Assembly (NCBI GenBank): GCA_963712115.1
Contig: CAVQGX010000002.1
Coordinates: 40,279 to 104,278 of the forward strand
Length of the DNA: 64,000 nt
Reading direction: 5' to 3'
Source of the DNA: an uncultured delta proteobacterium
Lineage (GTDB): Bacteria > Desulfobacterota > Syntrophobacteria > BM002
Both the position numbers and the translations under genes were made by a program. How positions within the stretch are numbered: the stretch's first letter is position 1; every line of letters starts with the position of its first letter. Below are positions 13,728 through 23,815 of the stretch, in pieces. The notes below the pieces were generated by a model. That model was not told the DNA's origin. It saw only the letters and a program-made list of their open reading frames with translations, and ran no database searches.

Positions 13728-15716
13728 ATGGCAGAAGAGGTAAAGGAGAAGAAGAAAAAAGAATTACCGATCATGGAGGTAACCACCTGCAAGTCAACCC
13801 AGCAGATGTTGCGCAAGGCAGCGGAAGACGGTGTAGAGACTGCCTTTCACCGGGCGGCAGAGATGAAGGCCTGTCCCATTGGGGCGGACTCTGCCTGTTG
13901 TAAGAACTGCTCCATGGGACCTTGCCGTCTATCGAGCAAGGATCCTTATGCAAAGACGGGCATATGCGGTGCGAGCATAGATGTTATTGCCTCGAGGAAT
14001 TTTGCCCGGATGGTGGCTACGGGTACTGCGGCCCACACTGATCACGGCATGACCATGCTGGATGTATTTCGTGGTGTGGTAAAGGGCGAGATCAAGGACT
14101 ATCAGATCAAAGACGAGCAGAAGCTTTTCGATGTCGCGGAAGGACTTGGGATCGAGACTGCTGGTCGTGAGGTCAAAGAGATAGCCATGGATCTCTATAA
14201 GGAGTTGGAACGGACCTACACCCAGGTTGAGGGCGAGATTCCCTTTGCCAACCGGGTCCCGCCCAAGACCTTGGCCAAGTGGCGCGAGTTGGGCATAGTT
14301 CCCCGGGGATCCATGCGTGAGATTATGGAGATCATGCACCGGACCCATATGGGAGTGGATCAGGACTACGAGAACATGGTAAAGCAGTGTTCCCGTACTG
14401 CCCTTTCAGATGGTTGGGGTGGATCCATGGTGGCCACAGAGATTTCTGACATTTTGTTTGGCACACCCTCTCCGGTACTGGCTGGTGTTGACATGGGGTG
14501 TTTGGATGAGAAGCAGGTGAACATCATCGTCAATGGTCATGAGCCCAACATGTTTGAGTCCATGATTGCCTCGGTAAATGATCCCAAGCTGTTGGAAGAA
14601 GCCAAGGCAGTGGGAGCCGAGGGTATAAATATTTTGGGTATGTGTTGTTCTGGTGCTGAGGTATTGAGTCGTCACGGGGTTCCCCATGCGGGCAATTTCA
14701 TGAGCACCGAGGCGGTTTTGATCACCGGTGCGGTGGATGCCATGGCAGTGGATGTGCAGTGTATCATGCCTGCTCTGGCTCCTTTGGCGGATTGTTACGG
14801 CACCAGGTTTTTCACCACCAACCCCCGGGCCAAGATGGAGGGAGCCGAGCACATCGAGTTTGAGGAGCACAAACCTCGAAAGTGCACGGACAAGGTGGTT
14901 AAGGAGGCGATCAAGCGGTTTAAGAATCGCAAGGCCAAGATAGTGATCCCTCAGAACAAGTCTATGGGTATTCACGGTTTCAGCCACGAGTACATCAACT
15001 ACATGCTTGGTGGCACCTTCAGGGCTTCTTATGTGCCCCTGAATGACAACATCATCAACGGCCGGATTCGGGGAGTTGCCGGTGTGGTAGGTTGCACCAA
15101 CCCCAGGGTGCGGCAGGACTATGTGCATGTTGAGTTGGTTAAAGAGCTGATCAAAAACGATATTTTGGTGGTACAGACGGGTTGTTCCCAGATAGCTTTG
15201 GCCAAGGCCGGGTTGATGAAGCCTGATGCCTCGGTGCTGGCAGGTGATGGTTTGCAAGAAGTTTGCGAGACCGTTGGTATGCCGCCGGTACTGGGTCTGG
15301 GTAGCTGTGTGGACAACAGCCGGATCCTGATTGCTTGTGCTGAGATGGTGAAGACCGGTGGTTTGGGTGACTCCATAGCAGATCTGCCGGTGGCTGGAGT
15401 TGCCCCCGAGTGGTACAGTGAGAAGGCCATAGCCATTGGTCAATATGTTGTGGCCTCGGGGATATTTACCGTCTTTGGGGTCACCTTCCCCACCATAGCC
15501 GAGACCAAGTTCCACAAGTTGCTCTTTGACGGTTTGGAGAAGCAGGGTCTGGGCAAGTGGGGTTTTGCCAAAGATCCCTACGAGATGGCCGCCATGATAA
15601 TCGACCACATTGATAAGAAGCGTGAGGCTCTGGGCATTATGGGTGAGCGCGAGCGCGTGCTTATGGATATGGCGGATCGTCAGGCTCTGGAAGTTGAAGC
15701 GGGCAAAGTAGATTAG
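13728..15716 (+). CDS. cooS: Anaerobic Ni,Fe CO dehydrogenase catalytic subunit (AcsA/CooS)
   Basis: CCKNCSMGPC, GHEP, GMCCSG, DVQC, GCTN, TGC, GSCVDN cluster ligands. Confidence 0.97.
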   Translation: MAEEVKEKKKKELPIMEVTTCKSTQQMLRKAAEDGVETAFHRAAEMKACPIGADSACCKNCSMGPCRLSSKDPYAKTGICGASIDVIASRNFARMVATGTAAHTDHGMTMLDVFRGVVKGEIKDYQIKDEQKLFDVAEGLGIETAGREVKEIAMDLYKELERTYTQVEGEIPFANRVPPKTLAKWRELGIVPRGSMREIMEIMHRTHMGVDQDYENMVKQCSRTALSDGWGGSMVATEISDILFGTPSPVLAGVDMGCLDEKQVNIIVNGHEPNMFESMIASVNDPKLLEEAKAVGAEGINILGMCCSGAEVLSRHGVPHAGNFMSTEAVLITGAVDAMAVDVQCIMPALAPLADCYGTRFFTTNPRAKMEGAEHIEFEEHKPRKCTDKVVKEAIKRFKNRKAKIVIPQNKSMGIHGFSHEYINYMLGGTFRASYVPLNDNIINGRIRGVAGVVGCTNPRVRQDYVHVELVKELIKNDILVVQTGCSQIALAKAGLMKPDASVLAGDGLQEVCETVGMPPVLGLGSCVDNSRILIACAEMVKTGGLGDSIADLPVAGVAPEWYSEKAIAIGQYVVASGIFTVFGVTFPTIAETKFHKLLFDGLEKQGLGKWGFAKDPYEMAAMIIDHIDKKREALGIMGERERVLMDMADRQALEVEAGKVD

Positions 15717-15797
15717 TGCTGGCTGATCCGCATGAAGCTGATGAGCGAGCGCTAAGGTAAATAGGATTCAACACCTCTCAAGTAAGGAGGACAAAAA

Positions 15798-18008
15798 ATG
15801 TCAAGGTTAGTAGCATTTGCCGCCATTCAGGGGGCCTACAACATCGTGCAGAAGGCGGAGGGGAAACTCAAGGATGCCATAGAGAAATATGGCCCCGACC
15901 AAAAGCTGGAATTTCCCGACACCGCCTATTACCTGCCCATTATCTATTCGCTTTTGGGCGCGAAGATTGAAACACTAGGCGACGCGGAACCGGTTATGGA
16001 AAGGTGCCGCCAGTTGCTGCCGCCCCACATCAAGGGAAAGATCCACGTGCCTTACCTAGGTCACACCTTGGACGCCGGCATGGCCGCGATACTGGCGGAG
16101 GAGATCGTTGAGGCAATCCGCTACGTGGAAGACCCGGATTTTTATACCACCGAGGAGGATCCCGACTTGGGAGCTGGGCAACTCTGGGTGGGTGCTGCCC
16201 ATGACGTTATCATGCGTAAGCGTGGTATTGAGTTTGTGGATGGTTCGGCTCCCGGGTTTGCCGCCATCGTAGGTGCGGCTCCCGATCCGGAAACGGCCAA
16301 GTTCATCGCCGAAGAATACCAGAAGAAGAACCTCTATGTGTTCATGTGTGCCAACCAGGGTGGTACCACCTTTACCGAGCAATTGGTCGAGGCTGGGGTG
16401 CAGATTGGCTGGAACACCCGGCTGGTGCCCTTTAGCCCGGATATTTCGGGAGCGGTTTTCGCCCTGGGCTTTGCCAACCGGGCCGGTATGGCTTTCGGTG
16501 GAATCAAGCCCGGCGACTACAAGCGGATGCTGGCATACAACAAGAATCGAATCTTTGCCTTTGTCAATGCTTTGGGTGAGGTCAATGCTGAGTGGGCTGC
16601 CAATGCGGCAGGCGCCATCAACTGGGGCTTCCCAACTCTGGCGGACACGGACATTCCCGAGATCCTGCCCACCGGTGTCTGCACTTACGAGCACGTGGTA
16701 GCTAACGTGCTCCATGAGGAGATGCCGGCCAAATCAATCGAGGTCCGTGGTCTGAAGGTTACGATCACCGAGGTACCGGTACCGGTTTCCTACGGTCCAG
16801 CCTTTGAAGGTGAGCGTATCCGCAAAGACGACGTCTTCGTGGAATGCGGCGGTGGCCGTACCCCCTGCGTGGAATGGACCACTATCGCTCCCCTGGACAA
16901 GGTAGAAGACGGCAAGGTTGAAGTATTCGGTAAAGATATCACCGATGTGAAGGAAGGTACCCGGTTACCTCTGGCAGTAGTGGTTGAGGTGGCGGGGCGC
17001 AAGATGCAGGAAGACTACGAGCCCATTCTGGAGCGGCAGATCCACCATTTGGTGAACTACGCTCAAGGGGTCATGCATATCGGCCAGCGGGACATTGCCT
17101 GGTACCGAATCGGCAAAGCCGCAGTGGAGAAGGGCTTCACCCTGGAGCACATTGGTAAGATCATTCACGCCAAGTATCATCAGGACTTCGGTGCCATCTT
17201 CGACAAGTGCCAGGTGAAGATCTACACCGATGAGAAGAAGGTCAAGGAGGTCGTGGAGAAGGCCCGCTCGATCTATCATGTTCGCGACGAGCGCATTGAG
17301 GGAATGACTGATGAGACCACCGAGACCTACTACTCTTGCACTCTGTGTCAGTCATTCGCCCCAAACCATGTTTGCGTGATCAGCCCTGAGCGCACCGGCC
17401 TTTGCGGTGCTTACAACTGGATGGACTGCAAGGCCTCCCACGAGATCAACCCCACCGGGCCCAACCAGCCCATAGAGAAGGGAGACACCCTTGATGACAA
17501 ATTGGGCAACTGGAAAGGGGTCAACGATTTCGTGTACAAGGCCTCCCGTCAGGCGGTCTCGAGCTACAACTTCTACAGCATTGTTTATGATCCCATGACC
17601 ACCTGCGGTTGCTGCGAGTGCGTTGCTGCGATCCTTCCCTCGTGCAACGGAATCATGACGGTTAACCGCGAATACAACGAGATGACACCGTGCGGCATGA
17701 AGTTCACCACCCTGGCGGGAACAATCGGCGGCGGGCAGGTGACCCCGGGATTCGTGGGGCACAGCAAGTACAACATCTGCCAGCGCAAGTTCGTTGTTGG
17801 GGATGGCGGCCTCCTCAGGGTGGTGTGGATGCCCAAGATGCTCAAAGAAGAGCTCAAAGAAAGGTTCGATAAGCGGGCCAAGGAATTGGGCGTACCGGAT
17901 CTGCTGGATCGGGTCGCGGATGAGACCGTTGGTACAAGCGAGGAGGAAATTCTGCCCTTCCTCACAGAGAAGAAACATCCGGCGCTGGATATGGACCCGA
18001 TTATGTAG
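15798..18008 (+). CDS. acsB: Acetyl-CoA synthase
   Basis: FPDTAYYLP, CTLCQSFAPNHVC, PERTGLCGA, TTCGCCEC A-cluster motifs. Confidence 0.97.
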   Translation: MSRLVAFAAIQGAYNIVQKAEGKLKDAIEKYGPDQKLEFPDTAYYLPIIYSLLGAKIETLGDAEPVMERCRQLLPPHIKGKIHVPYLGHTLDAGMAAILAEEIVEAIRYVEDPDFYTTEEDPDLGAGQLWVGAAHDVIMRKRGIEFVDGSAPGFAAIVGAAPDPETAKFIAEEYQKKNLYVFMCANQGGTTFTEQLVEAGVQIGWNTRLVPFSPDISGAVFALGFANRAGMAFGGIKPGDYKRMLAYNKNRIFAFVNALGEVNAEWAANAAGAINWGFPTLADTDIPEILPTGVCTYEHVVANVLHEEMPAKSIEVRGLKVTITEVPVPVSYGPAFEGERIRKDDVFVECGGGRTPCVEWTTIAPLDKVEDGKVEVFGKDITDVKEGTRLPLAVVVEVAGRKMQEDYEPILERQIHHLVNYAQGVMHIGQRDIAWYRIGKAAVEKGFTLEHIGKIIHAKYHQDFGAIFDKCQVKIYTDEKKVKEVVEKARSIYHVRDERIEGMTDETTETYYSCTLCQSFAPNHVCVISPERTGLCGAYNWMDCKASHEINPTGPNQPIEKGDTLDDKLGNWKGVNDFVYKASRQAVSSYNFYSIVYDPMTTCGCCECVAAILPSCNGIMTVNREYNEMTPCGMKFTTLAGTIGGGQVTPGFVGHSKYNICQRKFVVGDGGLLRVVWMPKMLKEELKERFDKRAKELGVPDLLDRVADETVGTSEEEILPFLTEKKHPALDMDPIM

Positions 18009-18019
18009 GCAAACTTAGT

Positions 18020-18050
18020 GGGCGGGAGGGGTATACCCTTCCCGCTCTTT
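18020..18050 (+). terminator. Intra-operon hairpin after acsB (terminator or mRNA stabiliser)
   Basis: GGGCGGGAGGG-GTATA-CCCTTCCCGCTC-TTT. Confidence 0.55.
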
Positions 18051-18086
18051 GTGATCATCTTTAGTGGAGGTTGAGGAGAATAAGCT

Positions 18087-19439
18087 ATGGGACTGACTGG
18101 AATTCAGATTTTTAAGCTGCTGCCAAAGACCAACTGCGGCGAATGTGGGGTGCCCACTTGCCTTGCCTTTGCCATGGCCCTGGCATCGGGCAGTGCGGAA
18201 CTGGACGCCTGCCCCTATGTCTCCGATGAGGCCAAGGAGCAACTGGCTGCGAGTTCTGCGCCCCCTGTCAGACCTCTTACCGTAGGAACCGGTGACTACG
18301 CGGTCAAGGTCGGCGGTGAAACTGTTATGTTTCGCCACGAAAAGACCTTCGTGAACAAGCCTGGTCTGGCCGTGTTGGTTACTACCGAGATGGACGATGC
18401 CGCAGTAAATGACAAACTCGCAAAGCTGGACAAGTTCCAGTATGATCGGGTGGGGCTCAATCTGAGGGCGGAAATGGTGGCGATAAAAGACGCCTCGGGT
18501 AGTGCCGACTCTTTTGTAGCTCTGGTCAACAAGGTAAAGGATGCTTCTAAGGCCGCGCTCATTCTGATGAGCGACAATGCGGATGCACTTGCTGCGGGCG
18601 TCAAGGCCTGCGCCGACCGCAAACCCCTCATCTACGCAGCCACAGAGGACACAGCTGATACACTGGGGGCACTGGCAAAGGAAACAGGTTGTCCTTTGGC
18701 AATTAAGAGTAGCAATGGCTACGACGGCTTGGTTGCCCTCAGTGACAAGCTCACCGGTATGGGCCTAAAAGATCTGGTACTGGATACCGGTGCCCGCACT
18801 GCCAAACAGGCTTTTGAAGACCACACAGTTATTCGGCGGGCCGCTGTCAAAAAAATCTTTCGGCCTTTGGGATTTCCCACCATCACCTTTCCCTGTGAGA
18901 TGGCCGACAACCTCATGGATGAGACCCTGCTTGCCGCCATGTTCATTGCCAAGTACGCTGGGTTCATTGTAATGAGCGATCTGGAGGCCTACAGCCTTTT
19001 CCCGCTTTTGCTGGAACGGCTCAACATTTACACCGATCCCCAACGGCCCATGACTGCCGAGCAGGGCGTCTACCCCATTGGTAATCCCAACGAGAACTCG
19101 CCGGCGCTGGTGACCTGCAACTTCTCCCTTACCTACTTCATTGTTTCGGGTGAGATCGAAGGAAGCAGGGTGCCGAGCTGGCTGGCCGTTGTGGATACCG
19201 AGGGATTGAGTGTGCTCACCGCCTGGGCCGCAGGCAAATTTACCGGTGAGAGCGTGGGCACTGCCATAAACAAGATGGGTCTTGCTGACAAGATCGCCCA
19301 CAAGAACTTGATCATTCCCGGTTATGCGGCAGCGATTAGTGGCGAGCTTGAAGAGGAACTACCGGACTGGAAGATTCTTGTGGGTCCGCGGGAGGCAGCC
19401 CACATTCCCAAGTACCTTAAAGAGTGGAAGCCGGCATAG
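18087..19439 (+). CDS. acsC: Corrinoid Fe-S protein large (gamma) subunit
   Basis: LPKTNCGECGVPTCLAFA...CPY [4Fe-4S] motif; IYTDPQRP, NFSLTYF, GPREA. Confidence 0.97.
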   Translation: MGLTGIQIFKLLPKTNCGECGVPTCLAFAMALASGSAELDACPYVSDEAKEQLAASSAPPVRPLTVGTGDYAVKVGGETVMFRHEKTFVNKPGLAVLVTTEMDDAAVNDKLAKLDKFQYDRVGLNLRAEMVAIKDASGSADSFVALVNKVKDASKAALILMSDNADALAAGVKACADRKPLIYAATEDTADTLGALAKETGCPLAIKSSNGYDGLVALSDKLTGMGLKDLVLDTGARTAKQAFEDHTVIRRAAVKKIFRPLGFPTITFPCEMADNLMDETLLAAMFIAKYAGFIVMSDLEAYSLFPLLLERLNIYTDPQRPMTAEQGVYPIGNPNENSPALVTCNFSLTYFIVSGEIEGSRVPSWLAVVDTEGLSVLTAWAAGKFTGESVGTAINKMGLADKIAHKNLIIPGYAAAISGELEEELPDWKILVGPREAAHIPKYLKEWKPA

Positions 19440-19631
19440 CCTCACATCTGAGTGCATCGAGCTGATACCAATACCTGGTGTCTACGTGGTTCGGGGCCTG
19501 AGGGCCCCGGACCTGCTGCCTCCTAATTTTCTAAAAAACAATCGAGGTGTTCATCTACTGGTAAAGGGCTGGCGAGTTATTGCCAGAGTGCACCACGTCC
19601 TAACTTTACTGGTGAAGGGGAAGGAGGGTTT

Positions 19632-20516
19632 ATGATTCTAATTGGCGAAAATATGAACATTATGAGCATCAAGTATGGTAAGGCTATGAAAGAAAAGGAC
19701 GCCAAGACCATCCAGGAGCTGGCAGTCCAAGAGCAAAAAGCCGGGATGGACTACGTTGACCTCAACATTGGCCCAGCAGGCAGGATTGGCGAGGAGTTGA
19801 TGGAATGGATGGTCAAGACTGTCCAAGAGGTGGTGGATCTGCCCTGCGCCCTTGACACCTCCAACGTCGCTGCCATAAAGGCAGGGTTGAAGGTGCACAA
19901 GGGGAGGGCGCTGGTTAACTCCATCTCGGCACGAGAGGACAGGTTAGAGGCCCTGCTGCCGCTCGCCAAAGAGTTTGACGCTGACTTTGTGGGGTTGCTT
20001 TGGGGCCCTGAAGGAATGCCTAGAGACGAACATGAGCGCGGGGCGCTGGCGGAGGTGATCCGGAGCAGTGCTGCGGCAAAAGGCATTTCCATGGAGCGTA
20101 TCTTTCTGGATCCTATTGTCACTCCGGTAAACGTTCAACAAAACCAGGTGATGGCACTCTACAATTTCATGAGAGACTACTACAGTGCGGGTGTTTTCGA
20201 AGGGTGCACCTCCACCTGTGGACTTTCCAATGTTTCCAACGGACCTCCGGAACACTTGCGGCCCATCCTCAATCAGACATATATGGTTATGCTCAGGCGG
20301 TTCGGTATGGGTTCTGCCATCGTGGACACATTCGACACGGAGCTTCACAAGTTTGCCCGCGGCGAGATGGCGGACATTGAACAACTAGTATACAAAGTGT
20401 GTGACGGCGAAGAGGTAGACATAAGCAGCCTCAGTAAGGAAGAGGCTGACTATGTTAAGACCGCCCGCGTGCTAATGGGGCACAGCCTCTACTCTGATTC
20501 CTGGCTTCAAATCTAG
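19632..20516 (+). CDS. acsE: Methyltetrahydrofolate:corrinoid methyltransferase
   Basis: ILIGEN, DLNIGP, LDTSN, NSIS, GLSNVSNG pterin-binding barrel; operon position. Confidence 0.92.
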   Translation: MILIGENMNIMSIKYGKAMKEKDAKTIQELAVQEQKAGMDYVDLNIGPAGRIGEELMEWMVKTVQEVVDLPCALDTSNVAAIKAGLKVHKGRALVNSISAREDRLEALLPLAKEFDADFVGLLWGPEGMPRDEHERGALAEVIRSSAAAKGISMERIFLDPIVTPVNVQQNQVMALYNFMRDYYSAGVFEGCTSTCGLSNVSNGPPEHLRPILNQTYMVMLRRFGMGSAIVDTFDTELHKFARGEMADIEQLVYKVCDGEEVDISSLSKEEADYVKTARVLMGHSLYSDSWLQI

Positions 20517-20537
20517 GACGTACCGCCTTTGGAAGAT

Positions 20538-20574
20538 AAAACTCCCTTCCGTGCTTCGGAGGGGAGTTTTTTTA
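20538..20574 (+). terminator. Intrinsic terminator of acs operon
   Basis: AAAACTCCCTTCC...GGAGGGGAGTTTTTTT. Confidence 0.85.
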
Positions 20575-20617
20575 TGAAAAGAGCACAACTGACGCAAAGC
20601 GCATAGCGAAAATGATA

Positions 20618-20696
20618 GTAAACGGTAAATGGTAAACGGTGAAGAGTTCGAGACTCATTGCCAAATCCCTTTATCGTTCACCGTTCACTTTTTACC
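20618..20696. repeat. GTAAACG/CGTTCAC heptamer inverted array
   Basis: GTAAACGGTAAATGGTAAACGGTGAA ... TTATCGTTCACCGTTCACTTTTTACC. Confidence 0.7.
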
Positions 20697-20746
20697 AGAC
20701 GCTCTGCGCTATCCGTTATTTCCTTTGTGGTTTAAAAAGCAGGGAA

Positions 20747-21448
20747 CTACTCTGGTTTGTACGGTGGGAGGGTTTGCTTCATCTGTTCTAGGTTTTTGCG
20801 GTAAGATAGGAAGGCTTGAAGGAGAGAGTCCCGTTCCACCACGGCATAGCGATCCGGCCCGCGGCTCCAAAGAAGTTTAAGTTCGAGCTTATTCTGATAA
20901 AATATAACCCCATCGTCGGTGGGGTGGGAAAGGATGAATTTCTTCTCCTTTGGGGTGGTGGCCAGATGATGCTCAGCAGCAAAGAAAAAGAGGGCAGCTG
21001 CGGGTAGGGAGAAAAATCGATATTCCGGGCCAAATTTATTCCAGGGTGCGCTTTCGATGTTGTAGATTACAGTTGAACCGTTAGGGGGTATCTCAACGGT
21101 CAGGGCTGCTTGAATCTGGATGGAGAGAGGATTTGCAGTCAAGTCGGGTCTTTGTTCGATACACTCGGCCAGCAACTGAGAGAAATCAGCAAGACGGGTC
21201 AGCAACAAGAAGGTTTTTTCCGAACTACTTTCATGTCTCCGGAGGAGTTCCCAGACAAAAGGACGGCGGTACCATTCAAGTTTATGCAATAGCTCCCAAG
21301 CCTCCAAATCCCAGTCGGAAAATAGTCGGCTGTTGTGCAAATCCAAAGGAGCGATGGTGGCAGGGACCAGAAACTTTTTTGCCCGGTTAAGGACAACAAA
21401 GGTATCTTGCCTAGGTAATGGAGAGACGAGTCCAGTGTTAGAGGTCAT
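20747..21448 (-). CDS. Hypothetical protein (start uncertain, possibly TTG at 21340)
   Basis: Longest ORF in the gap with protein-like composition; no family recognised. Confidence 0.6.
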   Translation of the reverse strand: MTSNTGLVSPLPRQDTFVVLNRAKKFLVPATIAPLDLHNSRLFSDWDLEAWELLHKLEWYRRPFVWELLRRHESSSEKTFLLLTRLADFSQLLAECIEQRPDLTANPLSIQIQAALTVEIPPNGSTVIYNIESAPWNKFGPEYRFFSLPAAALFFFAAEHHLATTPKEKKFILSHPTDDGVIFYQNKLELKLLWSRGPDRYAVVERDSLLQAFLSYRKNLEQMKQTLPPYKPE

Positions 21449-22208
21449 ATACCATCCAGATTACGAAAATGATTTTTCGCCCGGAACCATTGAGGCACCC
21501 CAGCGAATCAAGGCTATCCGGGGTAGTCTACAGAAATATGAGCCTTTTATCAAACCTCAACCGGCTTCTGAAGCAGACCTATATCTGGTTCACGAACCGG
21601 CCATGGTGGCAAGGATTAGAAGTAGAAGGCTACTGTTGCAGGCAGTCTTATTCGCGGTGGGCGGGGCAATTGACTGTGCCAAATTGGCATTGAGCAACAG
21701 GCCTGCTTTTGGACTTGTGCGACCTCCAGGCCACCACGCAGACCAGAGCGGATCGTGGGGATTCTGTTATGTGAACAATTTGGCCATTGCCGTCAGAAAG
21801 ATACGTCAGGAATTCGATGTTCGCTGGGTTTATATCATTGACTTGGACCATCACGTGGGAGACGGCACCCAGCGAATTTTTGCATATGATTCACAAGTTT
21901 CAGTGATGAATGTCTCGGCCGTAGAACGAGAGAAGTATCTGGAAAAGGTGCAGCACGTCTTACAAGTTATCAGGAAAACCGAGCTGCTGGCGGTTTCAAT
22001 GGGTTTTGATACCTATGAAAAGGATCTTGGCGGGTTGTTGAAAACTGAGGACTACAGACTCTTGGGTTCTTGGCTGCGTCAGGCCTCCGAGAGGCTTTGC
22101 AATGGGAGGCGGTTTGCCTTGCTCGAGGGGGGATACTATCTTCCGGACCTAGGGAAGAATGTCCTGGCTTTTTGTGAAGGTTTCGCCGGCGAGACTGGCG
22201 AGACGTGA
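21435..22208 (+). CDS. Zn-dependent histone deacetylase-family protein
   Basis: RPPGHHA, GFC, DLDHHVGDGT, GFD, LEGGY; GTG 21435 after GGAGAG. Confidence 0.92.
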   Translation: MLEVIYHPDYENDFSPGTIEAPQRIKAIRGSLQKYEPFIKPQPASEADLYLVHEPAMVARIRSRRLLLQAVLFAVGGAIDCAKLALSNRPAFGLVRPPGHHADQSGSWGFCYVNNLAIAVRKIRQEFDVRWVYIIDLDHHVGDGTQRIFAYDSQVSVMNVSAVEREKYLEKVQHVLQVIRKTELLAVSMGFDTYEKDLGGLLKTEDYRLLGSWLRQASERLCNGRRFALLEGGYYLPDLGKNVLAFCEGFAGETGET

Positions 22209-22374
22209 GGTCGGGCGAGAGGGGTAAAGATTCAATTTTGCTGCCAACTATCTGCCAATTTCATAATATAGTGGGGCAGCAACAAGCTAAAGATGAAACG
22301 CGGCGTAATTTGGCCCATGGAAGTGTGAATGATTCATCCATTCAAAATTACTGCCAAAAAGAGGGAGTGCGCAA

Positions 22375-23304
22375 ATGATACGCTTGAGACGGTCGGTACT
22401 CTCTGTACCGGGTAGCAGTGAGAAAATGATGAGTAAAGCATTAGCACTGCCTGCGGATGAAATTATGCTGGATTTGGAGGACGGGGTTGCCCTGGAGGAA
22501 AAGGAAGAAGCACGGACAAAAGTCATCCGGTACTTCATTGATTACGATTGGGGGGGACGGGTTCGGGCTTTTAGAATCAACGGCCTGGATACTCCCTTTG
22601 CCTATCGAGACATAATCGACGTCGTTGAACAGGCGGGAGCGAGTATTGATGTCTTGGTTATCCCCAAGGTGGAAAAGGCTGCTGATGTACAGTTTGTAGA
22701 TCTGCTTGTGAGTCAAATTGAACTGAGGATGGGGCTGGAAAAGAGAATTGGTCTTGAGGCATCCATAGAGACGGCCTTGGGAATGCTGAACGTCAAGGAG
22801 ATAGCCTTTGCCAGCCCCCGTCTGGAAGCGCTGGTTTTTGGCATAGCTGATTATGGTGCGTCTCTCACCATGCCCAGCGCCGGCGTAAGCGGGCATGGCG
22901 ATGCGGAGGAAAAATATCCAGGACACCGCTGGCATTTTCCCTTGAGCCGCATGGTAATGGCAGCAAAGGCTGCGGGACTGGCGGCCATTGACGCACCCTT
23001 TGGGGACTTCGAGGATCTGGCAGGCCTGAAGAGATCGTGTCAAATTGCCGCCTCACTGGGCTACGACGGCAAATGGGCTATTCATCCCGCCCAACTCGAA
23101 ATTGTAAATAAAACCTTCACCCCTAGTGACGACGACATCAACCTGGCCCGACGAATCTTGCAAGCCTATAAAGAAGCCGAAGCCGCTGGGGAGGGAGCCA
23201 CGGCTTTGGATGGAAAGATGGTGGATGGGGGTTCAATCCGCCTGGCCCAAGTGACATACGAAAAGGCTAGAAGGTTGGGGCTGGTGGAGGAGGAAAGCGG
23301 ATAG
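22375..23304 (+). CDS. CitE/malyl-CoA lyase-family CoA ester lyase
   Basis: RRSVLSVPGS, DLEDGVA, IET, G.ADY, GYDGKWAIHPAQ, GKMVD. Confidence 0.9.
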   Translation: MIRLRRSVLSVPGSSEKMMSKALALPADEIMLDLEDGVALEEKEEARTKVIRYFIDYDWGGRVRAFRINGLDTPFAYRDIIDVVEQAGASIDVLVIPKVEKAADVQFVDLLVSQIELRMGLEKRIGLEASIETALGMLNVKEIAFASPRLEALVFGIADYGASLTMPSAGVSGHGDAEEKYPGHRWHFPLSRMVMAAKAAGLAAIDAPFGDFEDLAGLKRSCQIAASLGYDGKWAIHPAQLEIVNKTFTPSDDDINLARRILQAYKEAEAAGEGATALDGKMVDGGSIRLAQVTYEKARRLGLVEEESG

Positions 23305-23307
23305 CGC

Positions 23308-23512
23308 TTTGGAAATTTCGGATTTCGGATTTGAAAAGACAAAGAGCATAGAGCATGGGGCATGGAGCATAGGGCAGAATTGTGGATTGAGAAATTATCA
23401 GGGACTTTTTCCTTTGGACTTTCGAATGTCGAACCGCAGAACAAGGAACCGCAGAAGTGTGTAATGATCACTTCGATATTCGAAATTCCTTGTTCGACAT
23501 TCTGCGGTTCGA
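23308..23512. repeat. Heptamer arrays plus a ~90-bp GAACCGCAGAA palindromic unit (23421-23512)
   Basis: TTCGGAT and GCATRGR runs; 23421-23512 is nearly the reverse complement of 29872-29960. Confidence 0.85.
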
Positions 23513-23574
23513 GGTACTATCTGCCAAGATCTGTGCAAAAATCGTATAGCGTACAAAGTGGTTTAGCCCCCCAT

Positions 23575-23598
23575 CGCGGCTAAAAGCCGCTCCCACAG
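23575..23598 (-). repeat. REP-like palindrome (GTGG-tagged)
   Basis: Minus strand reads TGTGGGAGCGGC-TTTTA-GCCGCGA. Confidence 0.6.
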
Positions 23599-23613
23599 AA
23601 CATATTAATCATC

Positions 23614-23668
23614 TTGACATAGCCTGTGCCCTGTGCTAAAAATTAGAGCTGACTGAGCGCTCGTTCAG
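23614..23668 (+). promoter_or_regulatory. sigma70 promoter with palindromic operator upstream of TetR gene
   Basis: TTGACA 23614, 17 bp, TGn-TAAAAA 23637; operator CTGACTGAGCGCTCGTTCAG 23649-23668, identical to 47136-47155 on minus strand. Confidence 0.8.
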
Positions 23669-23815
23669 TAAGAGCTAGGAGCTCTCCGCCTAGCGTCATT
23701 AGGTCATTACGCTTCGCTGTCATTTGTTGTCACTATGTCGTTACGATGAGTGACCATGAATGACGGCGAAGGCAATGACTTTTGACCATAAAAGTTTGAC
23801 GATGAGACGTTCGCC

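Noticed and set aside
14406-17978. Long antisense ORFs (400, 219, 208 aa) opposite cooS/acsB
   Set aside because: Codon-bias shadows of highly expressed genes; no motifs
20816-21417. Plus-strand frame broken by several TAG codons (pyrrolysine read-through)
   Set aside because: Also contains TGA and TAA; it is the antisense shadow of the minus-strand ORF
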